From IMG/VR virus record IMGVR_UViG_3300020213_000017: 64,000 nt of DNA, one strand, 5' to 3'. The DNA comes from an uncultured virus (IMG/VR IMGVR_UViG_3300020213_000017) (Duplodnaviria; Heunggongvirae; Uroviricota; Caudoviricetes). The translations under genes and the position numbers were made by a program. The notes under the pieces were generated by a model. It saw only the letters and a program-made list of their open reading frames with translations, had not been told where the DNA came from and ran no database searches. Shown in pieces: positions 21,007 through 29,727 of the stretch. Numbering within the stretch: the first letter of the stretch is position 1; each line of letters opens with the position of its first letter.

Positions 21007-23598
21007 CTATATGGGCATTTGGAAACTAAGAGGGAAAACCCCTTGTTGACCAGCAATCATTACGCCCATATTGATTGACAAAGTTGGTCCATTAATAGTA
21101 ATCTGAAGACTGTCAAGCCCTTGATAACGTGAGTCATCTTCGATCATTTTGTTAATAGAATTGTAGATATCCTGAACGTCCACTTCAGAAGTCATAACAC
21201 CTGGTCTTATACCCATCCCAAACTCTGGATGGGTTATAAGTCTTCCTTTTGGGGTAGAAAGCTTGATTCTTATGGCTTGAATTAAATTAGTAATACCAGC
21301 AGCGTATCTAAAATCACCATAACTATTCGTTGCTAGATCGCCTGATTCGGTCAATAACCAGTCCACCTTGCTAAGCCCTACTAGGTCTACGGCCTGTACA
21401 GAGGCAGGGATCACGATATTGTCACTTTCAGGAACCGGTAAAGTGCTAGGAATGAAGATTTTTTGCTGACTGTTTACGGTGCCAGGCAGATAGGCCTGCA
21501 TATAAGCAAGATCTGCAATCGTATATGGATCTAAATCAGCTTCTCCATCCAAGGTGACCAGAAAAGAAGTATCAGAAAGACGACCTAGATCTAAAATTCT
21601 ACGAGCAGACTGGGCCTGAGCAGTTGATCCAATCAGTACGCGTTGTCCTATGTAAAGATTCTCTATGTTGTTTATTGTGATTTGCCTTCCAGTTGCATTG
21701 GACAGCAGTGATCGTTTAAAACCGTCTTCATCAATATAAGGATCTCTCAAATTATTCAAGGTGACGATTTCAAGCCATTTCTGAGCATCCCCAAGATAGC
21801 GCAGGGCAATCTGTTCAACGTTTTTACCAAAAGGAACTGGAACAAGGATTTTACTATTTGGCAGGTCAAAAGGAATACCTGCAGCATCGGCCAAGCCAGC
21901 TACGTATTCCATATTGGTTTTCTTGTTCAAATCGTCAATATCCGTAGTAGCAGTTAAAATATCATAAGACTGCAAGACTTCATACAGGGCCTTTAAAATA
22001 CCGTATTCGTCCAGTGTCATGGACTGAATGCGTGATTTGGGAGGTGGGCGACCATAGATCTGACTGTAATATGCATCCCCTGCTCCAAAATTATTTGAGA
22101 GCTGGGTGGTTAGATCTGCAATTACGGCGCGGAATTCACGAAGATCGTCCACGGTAGTTTCGCGAGCATCTTCTATAATCGTATCGACAGCAAACTGCTG
22201 AGCATCGTTTAGCTGCAGACTGAACACGGGAACCATATCCATGAGATCAAAGTTGCGCTCTGGATTATCAAAAATATTATTAGAAGGATCTAGGGTCTGA
22301 TTTATAGCGGCCTGATCGCCAAGTTGACCACCGGCTATAGCAGCAATGCTCAATCCCTCGGTTAGTAGAGAGCTTGTTACAATTGCAGATAAGGCAGATA
22401 TAACCCTTGGATCGCTAGAAGATGAAGATATTGAATCCTTCAAAATCCTCATCGATTCCTTAATAGAACTAGAATAATCTTTCTGGATCTGAGATGGGAG
22501 GTCGGCCACGCTGGTAACTACGCCTGAAAGATCTTTTACAAACAATGCGGTTTGACGCAAAACTTCAAGAGGTTTTCCTACGTCAGATCTAACCGCACTA
22601 ATAAGATCGATTGCAGCGGACATTGTACGGCGAGCTTCCGTAATAGTGCTCATAATACGCTGTAAAATACCCGAATCAATTTTTTGCAAATTTGGTACAA
22701 CAGCAGAGACCTTCTCCTGAAGATCAATGCGTCTCCAGGCCTTCAACTGCATTACGTAGGTGACTTCCATCGCCTTGGCAACGCTTTGTTGCCAAACAAA
22801 TTGCTCTGGAGTAACTACATAAGAAGCGTTCTGCTTAGGAATATCGAATACCAAGCGCCAGCCAGCATTGTCAGGGTTTTTCTTGGCTTCTGCATATTGT
22901 TCGAGAAACTGCTGAAGGGCCAGTGCGTGGTGGTAACCAGTGCTCGATGAGCCTTCGGGTGAGGTTTCAGGGCGCTTTGAGCTAGGCTTGCTTGCCGGAT
23001 GTCCAGAGGTAGCTGCGTTAATAACACGATTTACTTGACCAAACAGGTTACCTACTGCCTCAATAGTTCCACCAAAAATAGATTCAAGGACGGACGGACT
23101 TTGTGGGGGAGCAGTCACGCTCTGGCGATAAGGCCATACTCCCATGGTTCCCGTGGCGTTAATCGTCTTAAACCTAAGACCGCCGTGTTCTTCCAGTATG
23201 CCTTTTAAGGTAGCGGTCGTTTGAATAGCATAGGAATCAGTGATGCTCAGCTGTTGAGGGCTAATAGGAAGGGTAAAAACCCATTTTTTACTCAGTGTTT
23301 CAAAGTTAACTATTGAATTATTCTGACTATTTGAAACTGTAACCTTGGCAGTATTTCCACCGTTTACCACCCGATTCCCCTTGCGAGTGTCAATAACAAG
23401 TAATCGATATGGAAACAGCTGGTCCCATCGCTTAGGCTCAATATGAATAAAAGGAAAAAAAGCAGATTGAACATTGCTCCAAGGCATTGAACTTGCTTGG
23501 TTATTTTGAGTATTATTCAGATCCCTGACAAGTGCTTGAAATTGCTTAGAGAGATTGTTTGCAATTCCAGTAGGTTGAGGGGTGCTTGGGATGGACAT
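21007..23598 (-). CDS. Baseplate protein with LysM-like region and C-terminal gp25/lysozyme-like wedge domain
   Basis: 'EQIALRYLGDAQKWLEIVTLNNL' (LysM-like) and 'GITNLIQAI..KL.TPKG.L..HPEFG' (gp25-like). Confidence 0.75.
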   Translation of the reverse strand: MSIPSTPQPTGIANNLSKQFQALVRDLNNTQNNQASSMPWSNVQSAFFPFIHIEPKRWDQLFPYRLLVIDTRKGNRVVNGGNTAKVTVSNSQNNSIVNFETLSKKWVFTLPISPQQLSITDSYAIQTTATLKGILEEHGGLRFKTINATGTMGVWPYRQSVTAPPQSPSVLESIFGGTIEAVGNLFGQVNRVINAATSGHPASKPSSKRPETSPEGSSSTGYHHALALQQFLEQYAEAKKNPDNAGWRLVFDIPKQNASYVVTPEQFVWQQSVAKAMEVTYVMQLKAWRRIDLQEKVSAVVPNLQKIDSGILQRIMSTITEARRTMSAAIDLISAVRSDVGKPLEVLRQTALFVKDLSGVVTSVADLPSQIQKDYSSSIKESMRILKDSISSSSSDPRVISALSAIVTSSLLTEGLSIAAIAGGQLGDQAAINQTLDPSNNIFDNPERNFDLMDMVPVFSLQLNDAQQFAVDTIIEDARETTVDDLREFRAVIADLTTQLSNNFGAGDAYYSQIYGRPPPKSRIQSMTLDEYGILKALYEVLQSYDILTATTDIDDLNKKTNMEYVAGLADAAGIPFDLPNSKILVPVPFGKNVEQIALRYLGDAQKWLEIVTLNNLRDPYIDEDGFKRSLLSNATGRQITINNIENLYIGQRVLIGSTAQAQSARRILDLGRLSDTSFLVTLDGEADLDPYTIADLAYMQAYLPGTVNSQQKIFIPSTLPVPESDNIVIPASVQAVDLVGLSKVDWLLTESGDLATNSYGDFRYAAGITNLIQAIRIKLSTPKGRLITHPEFGMGIRPGVMTSEVDVQDIYNSINKMIEDDSRYQGLDSLQITINGPTLSINMGVMIAGQQGVFPLSFQMPI

Positions 23599-23668
23599 TT
23601 GTTTTTTTATTCCTTCAATATAAGATTATGCTGTCAGGATCAGACCGTCCCTGATATAAGATTATCAC

Positions 23669-24247
23669 ATGAAGACCCTATTTTTACTGACATTTTTGGT
23701 CCTATTCACATCCTGTAGCTCCCCTGTTCCTAAGAACGAACCTGCATATAAAGGCACTGACCCAAGGCTTCAGGAGTACAAGGATGAGTTTATGGAGCTG
23801 GCTGTTGTTCGTGGGATCGTCTTTAACAGAGATGTGACCATGGGATTCGCCAATACTCAATCTGATGCTTCTGGCGGCGTTATAGGAATATGCACATATG
23901 GCCATAGATGGAGAGAAATCGATATTGATGAAAAATTCTTCAAAAGTAGAGGTTATCTCCAAACAAAAGCTTTGATATTTCACGAGTTGACACATTGTTA
24001 CTGTAATCGCAATCACACTTATGGCAGCAAAACAAGGATTCAATATCCTGATGGAATTTTTGAAAAAATTATTGAAAAGTTAAGAACTGAAATAGACGAA
24101 ACAGAAATACCCGAAACAGAGCGTCCTTATTTTGAAGATGGCTGTGCAAGAACTCTTATGCACCCAGTCGTAGTAAGTAGTACTTGTATGTTCAATCATT
24201 ACGATCACTATGTTGATGAAATGTTTAACAATTGTAGAGTTTGGTAA
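23669..24247 (+). CDS. Lipoprotein zinc metallopeptidase (HExxH)
   Basis: Signal peptide with lipobox-like FTSC; FHELTHC; downstream LMHP Met-turn-like motif. Confidence 0.7.
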   Translation: MKTLFLLTFLVLFTSCSSPVPKNEPAYKGTDPRLQEYKDEFMELAVVRGIVFNRDVTMGFANTQSDASGGVIGICTYGHRWREIDIDEKFFKSRGYLQTKALIFHELTHCYCNRNHTYGSKTRIQYPDGIFEKIIEKLRTEIDETEIPETERPYFEDGCARTLMHPVVVSSTCMFNHYDHYVDEMFNNCRVW

Positions 24248-24267
24248 TCAATTTTGCTATAATCAAT

Positions 24268-24618
24268 ATGATGACTAGAGATGAGCAACAAATAGTTTCT
24301 GAAGTTTACAGTAAATTTGTCCAAAGCGAACATTTGAACTCTTGGGACGATCTAGACGATAGCCTTTGTCTTTTGGAGAGCCTGACAAATGTCGAATTGG
24401 CGAATGAAGCACAGGTTTTATTCGACACGCATAGCACGGGAAACGTTCGCTGTAAGCTAAATCACTCTCCTAAACTCTGCATGGTTCCCATGCTCATGGA
24501 GGCGGTTGCGGCTATATTAAAACTTTGGAATGAAACCGGAATGCTACATATAAAAAATAAATACGTCTTTCAATATTATTTAGCCTTATCCCACGTCAAG
24601 TTTATTGTTTTAGATTAA
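24268..24618 (+). CDS. Hypothetical protein
   Basis: ORF preceded by extended -10 TGCTATAAT. Confidence 0.6.
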   Translation: MMTRDEQQIVSEVYSKFVQSEHLNSWDDLDDSLCLLESLTNVELANEAQVLFDTHSTGNVRCKLNHSPKLCMVPMLMEAVAAILKLWNETGMLHIKNKYVFQYYLALSHVKFIVLD

Positions 24619-25995
24619 GACTTTGTACAGGCGACCGTTTTCTCTAGGTCTATATTTAGACGGAACGATGCCGTTCAAAATAACAGATTTGCCATTTATA
24701 GATTTTACGGCTCTTAACAATTCTTCCTGACCTTCTGCTATTACATATACCAGATCGCCCACGGACAAAAAGCTAGCATCCCTAAGGTGAAGAGTTGCCG
24801 TGCTAGAGGCTGGAGCGGCAAACAAGCTTACTCTTATAACCGTTTCATATAAAGCCTTGGTTTCAATAGCGCTTGCGGCAATCTGATCTTGAACTTGGGA
24901 AGATGTTTGAAGACCGTTCAAAAGGGTCAAAGATCCGCCTAGAGTATTGAGCCTTAAAACCAAAAAAGAATAGCGCTGTCCATAGAAACCGCTGCTCGAA
25001 ACTATATCCCCAGTGGTTAAATCCTGATTGATTGATCCCAGGTTCAAGTTTAGCTCACCAAGCCTGCTAGTGATATTTGTCAAACGAGTGTTCAGCGCTG
25101 TCTGTAGGGCGGTTAGCTCTGAAGAATGCAGCTTTGTAGGCGCTAACAGATTCGCATTGTAACCGCTAAAGCCTGCACAGGTAGTCTGTCCGTGGGCGGT
25201 ATTGAAATCCGAATAGGCTAACCACAAATCCAGGGCAGGAACAATAGTATTATTAATATAATCTATGGCCGCCTGATTCTGGGCTTGACGACCGATATTC
25301 ACATCATTCATTACGATTACAGCGGCTTCTGCAAGCAGTAAACTTCGAAGTTGGTTTACAGTATTCACTAAATTTGTTTTTAAGGTTTCCACCGCTGGAT
25401 AAGAAGAGATTACATCCGGTCCAGGTGTCCAAGTTTCACCATTCAATATACAGGTAGCCTGATCAGTATACAAAATGTCAGAACAGGTTCCGCTTGCCTG
25501 ACATTCTTGGCCAGACGTGTTCTGTATGTCTGCATAGGAAGAGGCGCTAGTGATAAAAGCAAGAGCCGCGTTTATAACATCGCCCTCTTTTGTGGTAGCA
25601 TCGTAAGTTTCAGAATATTTCTTACCAATGGCAAAACTGAGTGCGTATGGCTTGAACCTAACCCATATATTGCTATAGGCAGCTAAGCTAGGAACAGAAG
25701 TCTGAACATCATTGGGAAAAAAACTATTTCTCAATATTCTTTTTGCGGCATCTTGTATGTCAGTTTCAGAAATTTGAGTACGAATCTGACCAGTTAGATA
25801 GTTTGACTCTAGCTGATAGGCGTTAACAAGATCATTGACTGGGTCAAAAAGACGCTTATTGGCCTGGTCTAATTTGTAAATAGAGTCTACCTGAACCTGA
25901 ATCTGTTCTTTTGCGGATAGCAATCCTTGAATTTCTTTTTCCGTATTTACAATTTTTAGAGAAAACGCAATACGGTCATCTTGTGACAATGGCAT
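24610..25995 (-). CDS. Virion structural protein (helical, baseplate cluster)
   Basis: 461-aa ORF co-oriented with the baseplate genes; function inferred from context only. Confidence 0.55.
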   Translation of the reverse strand: MPLSQDDRIAFSLKIVNTEKEIQGLLSAKEQIQVQVDSIYKLDQANKRLFDPVNDLVNAYQLESNYLTGQIRTQISETDIQDAAKRILRNSFFPNDVQTSVPSLAAYSNIWVRFKPYALSFAIGKKYSETYDATTKEGDVINAALAFITSASSYADIQNTSGQECQASGTCSDILYTDQATCILNGETWTPGPDVISSYPAVETLKTNLVNTVNQLRSLLLAEAAVIVMNDVNIGRQAQNQAAIDYINNTIVPALDLWLAYSDFNTAHGQTTCAGFSGYNANLLAPTKLHSSELTALQTALNTRLTNITSRLGELNLNLGSINQDLTTGDIVSSSGFYGQRYSFLVLRLNTLGGSLTLLNGLQTSSQVQDQIAASAIETKALYETVIRVSLFAAPASSTATLHLRDASFLSVGDLVYVIAEGQEELLRAVKSINGKSVILNGIVPSKYRPRENGRLYKVLI

Positions 25996-26264
25996 TAGTG
26001 TACCCTCAATGGGTGTATATAGAAACTAGCTAGAGCCAGCATAGCACTATCTTTCTCTTCGTCAGCGCCATTATCTAATATATTTCTTAATTCTTTCAAA
26101 ACAGCCTTGCTGACTTGCTCTATGATTTCTGGAGGAAACACTATGATACCGTCCGAAATATAAACTTCTGTCCCAATCTGAATCCAAAAGCCCTGTTCGG
26201 CAATGCGAAGATCCGTGGCAGAATACCTATAGGGGTTTTTTTCACCATTTTTCTTTTTAGACAT
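25995..26264 (-). CDS. Hypothetical protein
   Basis: Overlapping start/stop coupling with both neighbours. Confidence 0.65.
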   Translation of the reverse strand: MSKKKNGEKNPYRYSATDLRIAEQGFWIQIGTEVYISDGIIVFPPEIIEQVSKAVLKELRNILDNGADEEKDSAMLALASFYIHPLRVH

Positions 26265-26808
26265 ATTGCCCCAATATTAGCCTGAGTGTTATCAGTGTGG
26301 TTAAATCGTAGAAAGTATGACAAATCATAACCGTCCCTACTCCATATTTTTCCCCTAATTTAGTTACTATTGGAATATAAAAAGACAAAAGAAATGCTGC
26401 TATAAAACCTTGATAGGTATGGCCCATTCCAAAGGCAAACATAACCGCGATGGTTATTGCCATTCGGACGCGATTGGCAAATTTACTGTCATTGAAAAAA
26501 GAAAACAGAAGAACTAATGGTAAAATATGAACCATGTCTTCCCAAAATACAAAAGCTGTTGCTCCTAGAGGTATCATGTCTATAGCGGCCTTGGTATCGC
26601 CTGGCAAAAAGTCTATAATTTTTGGAAAAATACTAAGCAAGACCACCCTAAGAACAGTGACCATGGCCATAAGAGAAAGGAATCGTTTTACAGCCTTTTT
26701 CTCAATTCTTACAAATTTTCCGTAACCAGCCCTGATCGTGGCGAACAATATTACAGTGCCAATGATCCAAAAGGGGAACATGTTTATCGCCATTTCTTTA
26801 AAAGTCAT
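26257..26808 (-). CDS. CPBP (CAAX protease/Abi family) intramembrane glutamic endopeptidase
   Basis: Multiple TM helices; WED, FGMGHTYQG and H...D (CHTFYD) motifs. Confidence 0.75.
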   Translation of the reverse strand: MTFKEMAINMFPFWIIGTVILFATIRAGYGKFVRIEKKAVKRFLSLMAMVTVLRVVLLSIFPKIIDFLPGDTKAAIDMIPLGATAFVFWEDMVHILPLVLLFSFFNDSKFANRVRMAITIAVMFAFGMGHTYQGFIAAFLLSFYIPIVTKLGEKYGVGTVMICHTFYDLTTLITLRLILGQYV

Positions 26809-26840
26809 GTTTTCTCCTATCTTATTGTATCATTTTACTG

Positions 26841-27896
26841 TTATTTTGCAAATACAGAGGTCGCATAGCCAGAAATTGGAAAGCTGATTACGGGCATCCC
26901 AAGGTTCCCAATCCCGAGAGTCATTGTGAGCAGGGTTAAAACAGGCAAGCCGCCCGCGCCGCCGAGATAAACAATTCCATCGACAATCACAATACTTCCC
27001 TTGATCTTTACCAGGCTTTCTGCTTCTAAGGCAACAGTGCTGCCTTTCATGTCAAATTCAGACTCAGACTTCATCGTGATCTTTTGGCATTCTAAAAGAG
27101 CAGATCCAGTTGCTTTAGCGGTTAACATATCGCAATTTAAGGTGAAATCCTTTTCAGCCTTCAGATTGATATTTTCAGTGGTCGTAACCTTAAAGCTTTT
27201 CTTGGAAGTATTCTCAATATTATCATCGGCGATCAGACTGGCCTTGCCACTTTTGTCAAGACGCATTTTGATAGTTTTGTGATCAATCTGACAGGAACCA
27301 TCTTTTTCTATCTTGACAACGGTTGGACCTTGTGAAGAATCTGTTATCTTGCCATCGTTGTCGGTAGCACCCTTGAACGTAAACGTGCAGCTGCCATCAG
27401 TAGCCACCTTGATGTTACAGCCATTGTATTCGCCTTCTAGGTAGGGCTCTTCGTTCTTCAAGGTGGTCTTACGATCTGGATGCGTCAGAGCTCCAATAAT
27501 TACAGCCTTTTCTGACATGCCGTCTAAACACAAAAGAAGGACAATGGCACCGTTTTGGCCTTTGGTGTTTACGGCATCGCCCTTCTTGGTCTTCTTCTTG
27601 GTCTTCCTGAGAGCTTTTTCAAAAAAATCTGCAACAGAGCCTAGGCCTTCAGCAGACATACAGTTCCTATAAAGAATAGTAGTCACACCCTTGTCTTCGT
27701 TCTGTTCGATAACGGTTACGTCATACTCAGTAGTAAGCTTTGATTTATTAAGATCGTTGGAGACAGGGTAAGCTTCCTTGATCACACCAATGCGAAGTGC
27801 AAGGTTTTTATAACTCTTATTAAAGCCCGCCATCATTTGGCTAGGATCACTGCTTAGCAGGCCGTGCGGCAATACTGCTCCATTCTTAAGTTTCAT
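26841..27896 (-). CDS. Baseplate central spike protein (gp5/gpV-like)
   Basis: N-terminal OB-like region, then beta-helical repeats; follows the hub gene. Confidence 0.65.
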   Translation of the reverse strand: MKLKNGAVLPHGLLSSDPSQMMAGFNKSYKNLALRIGVIKEAYPVSNDLNKSKLTTEYDVTVIEQNEDKGVTTILYRNCMSAEGLGSVADFFEKALRKTKKKTKKGDAVNTKGQNGAIVLLLCLDGMSEKAVIIGALTHPDRKTTLKNEEPYLEGEYNGCNIKVATDGSCTFTFKGATDNDGKITDSSQGPTVVKIEKDGSCQIDHKTIKMRLDKSGKASLIADDNIENTSKKSFKVTTTENINLKAEKDFTLNCDMLTAKATGSALLECQKITMKSESEFDMKGSTVALEAESLVKIKGSIVIVDGIVYLGGAGGLPVLTLLTMTLGIGNLGMPVISFPISGYATSVFAK

Positions 27897-29725
27897 TATT
27901 TCTTAGCCTTTTTCTTTTTCCTAAAACTACGAAAAGCAGGTTGGGGAAAAGATTTGTTGGTAGCCTGTTGAGCATCTACATTGCCATGTCTTTTGATAAT
28001 ATCTTGAGATTCAGATACTCCTGGCAACATTTCTTCATTGTCAAAATCCCTCTTGCGCTCAAGATCGGCAGCCGTATTTGTCATTTCAGCGTAGCGAGTG
28101 CCTTTTGCCGAACTGTCGATGCTAATACCACTGCTCACATTGATTACAGATCTAAACTGTCTAGCACCTTTTGGCCCAACCATAGCGGCAGAGTGCGTGA
28201 TCTGCTCAATGTGATACACAACACTGTCTAATTCTAGATTATCGCCTACCGCTATGGGGTCTACTAGGCCAGCACAGGTGATTGTTCCGTTAAGCTTAAG
28301 ATGACCGCCAATCAAAATATTACCCATAACCCTTGCCCATCCTGGACTGCGATAATTTTTATAAATAGTAGTAGGCTCATCAAATTGAGTTGTTACGATA
28401 TAGGGTCTTAGTCCACTGCGTTGAACATCTTTGATATCATATACGTAGTTTCCCTGGTCCAGCTGCTGGGCAATATCAGCGCCTTCTTGACCAACGGAAG
28501 ATCTACCGAAATATTGAACAAAATTCACACGAGCGGCTTCTTCTCTGCCCAAATCTTTATCCATGATCAAAGCTGGGTTGACTTTCCATCTGGGCAAATT
28601 TAAAAACTTTGTGTTGGCAGCGCCTTTGAAATCTTCCGTACTGAAAGGCATCTGTCGGAACACCAATGTAGGCATCACTTTATTGCCTGGATCTGTACGA
28701 AAAGCAGTATACATTTCATTCAATGGAGCGTTAGTGTATTGATTCAAGATAGCCCAGGTTTTTATTTGGTTCCAATACTCTGCCTTTAAAAGAGTGTCGC
28801 CTTGACATTCAGCTGGAGTGTACCAGAAATTCTTAAATTTTTGCCTAATACCTGCCGGATTAGTACCTGAACCAACAGACTGTGCAGAACCAGAAGCATA
28901 TTTCTGGATGCCAAAAAGATATATGTAGATGTCTTTAGCGGCCTTGGCCCCCTGTACGCCTAACAATCTTCCTACAAGGTCTGGAATGAAAAAATGCACA
29001 TTATGAGTCTTTAGACCTGACTTGTCCGCTTGACCCTTACCTTGAATGCCGGTACCAATAAAACTTTGGATCAAAACCGCAATAACGTCTTGAACGTTTG
29101 TTAGACCCTTTTTGCCGACAAGGTTGGCCCAATCTTTGCCGATAAAACTGGCAAACAGAAGTTCATTCTTCTTGTCTTGATTTGGATCGATTAGATAGGG
29201 ATTAAAATAAATAGTATTGTTGAATTCAGTGAAAGCAAATCCGTTAATCTTAAAAAGAACAATTTTAGTGCCAGTCTGCGGATCTGTTGTTTCTATTTCT
29301 CTTACGCCCTGTACTTTAAAAATGCCCTTAAAACCGTCCGTAGGACCATTGATGGCTTGCTTATTAAATGCTTTCTGGGCTACGCGTTTAGCTTCGGCTT
29401 CCCAATTTAACATGTTTACTAAAACGAAATCTCCTGGTGCGATTGCAGTAAGATAGTTTACATCGGTCATCACTAGAGTGGCCGTCATAGAAGGTGTTAG
29501 TGCCCCTTTGCTTCCGGTCGTGGTTACAGATAGACAGTCGTTTTCTACAATAAGAGGATCGCGAACTTCAGTTGAAGCAACATTTGCGTTTCTAAGAGTA
29601 TCTCTATTTTCCCATCTTACAAACGTAAGAAGCCACGCAGGACTTACCTGGTGAACGCGATTAAACTCGCTGTCACTGGTCCCGATAGGATCTATGTCGA
29701 ATGTGTAGGCTCTATTGTCTGTCAT
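27896..29725 (-). CDS. Baseplate hub protein (gp27/gp44-like)
   Basis: Follows the tape measure gene; C-terminal 'LNGTIT..G....IAVGDNL....VYHIEQITH' hub-type motif. Confidence 0.65.
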   Translation of the reverse strand: MTDNRAYTFDIDPIGTSDSEFNRVHQVSPAWLLTFVRWENRDTLRNANVASTEVRDPLIVENDCLSVTTTGSKGALTPSMTATLVMTDVNYLTAIAPGDFVLVNMLNWEAEAKRVAQKAFNKQAINGPTDGFKGIFKVQGVREIETTDPQTGTKIVLFKINGFAFTEFNNTIYFNPYLIDPNQDKKNELLFASFIGKDWANLVGKKGLTNVQDVIAVLIQSFIGTGIQGKGQADKSGLKTHNVHFFIPDLVGRLLGVQGAKAAKDIYIYLFGIQKYASGSAQSVGSGTNPAGIRQKFKNFWYTPAECQGDTLLKAEYWNQIKTWAILNQYTNAPLNEMYTAFRTDPGNKVMPTLVFRQMPFSTEDFKGAANTKFLNLPRWKVNPALIMDKDLGREEAARVNFVQYFGRSSVGQEGADIAQQLDQGNYVYDIKDVQRSGLRPYIVTTQFDEPTTIYKNYRSPGWARVMGNILIGGHLKLNGTITCAGLVDPIAVGDNLELDSVVYHIEQITHSAAMVGPKGARQFRSVINVSSGISIDSSAKGTRYAEMTNTAADLERKRDFDNEEMLPGVSESQDIIKRHGNVDAQQATNKSFPQPAFRSFRKKKKAKK

Positions 29726-29727
29726 GA

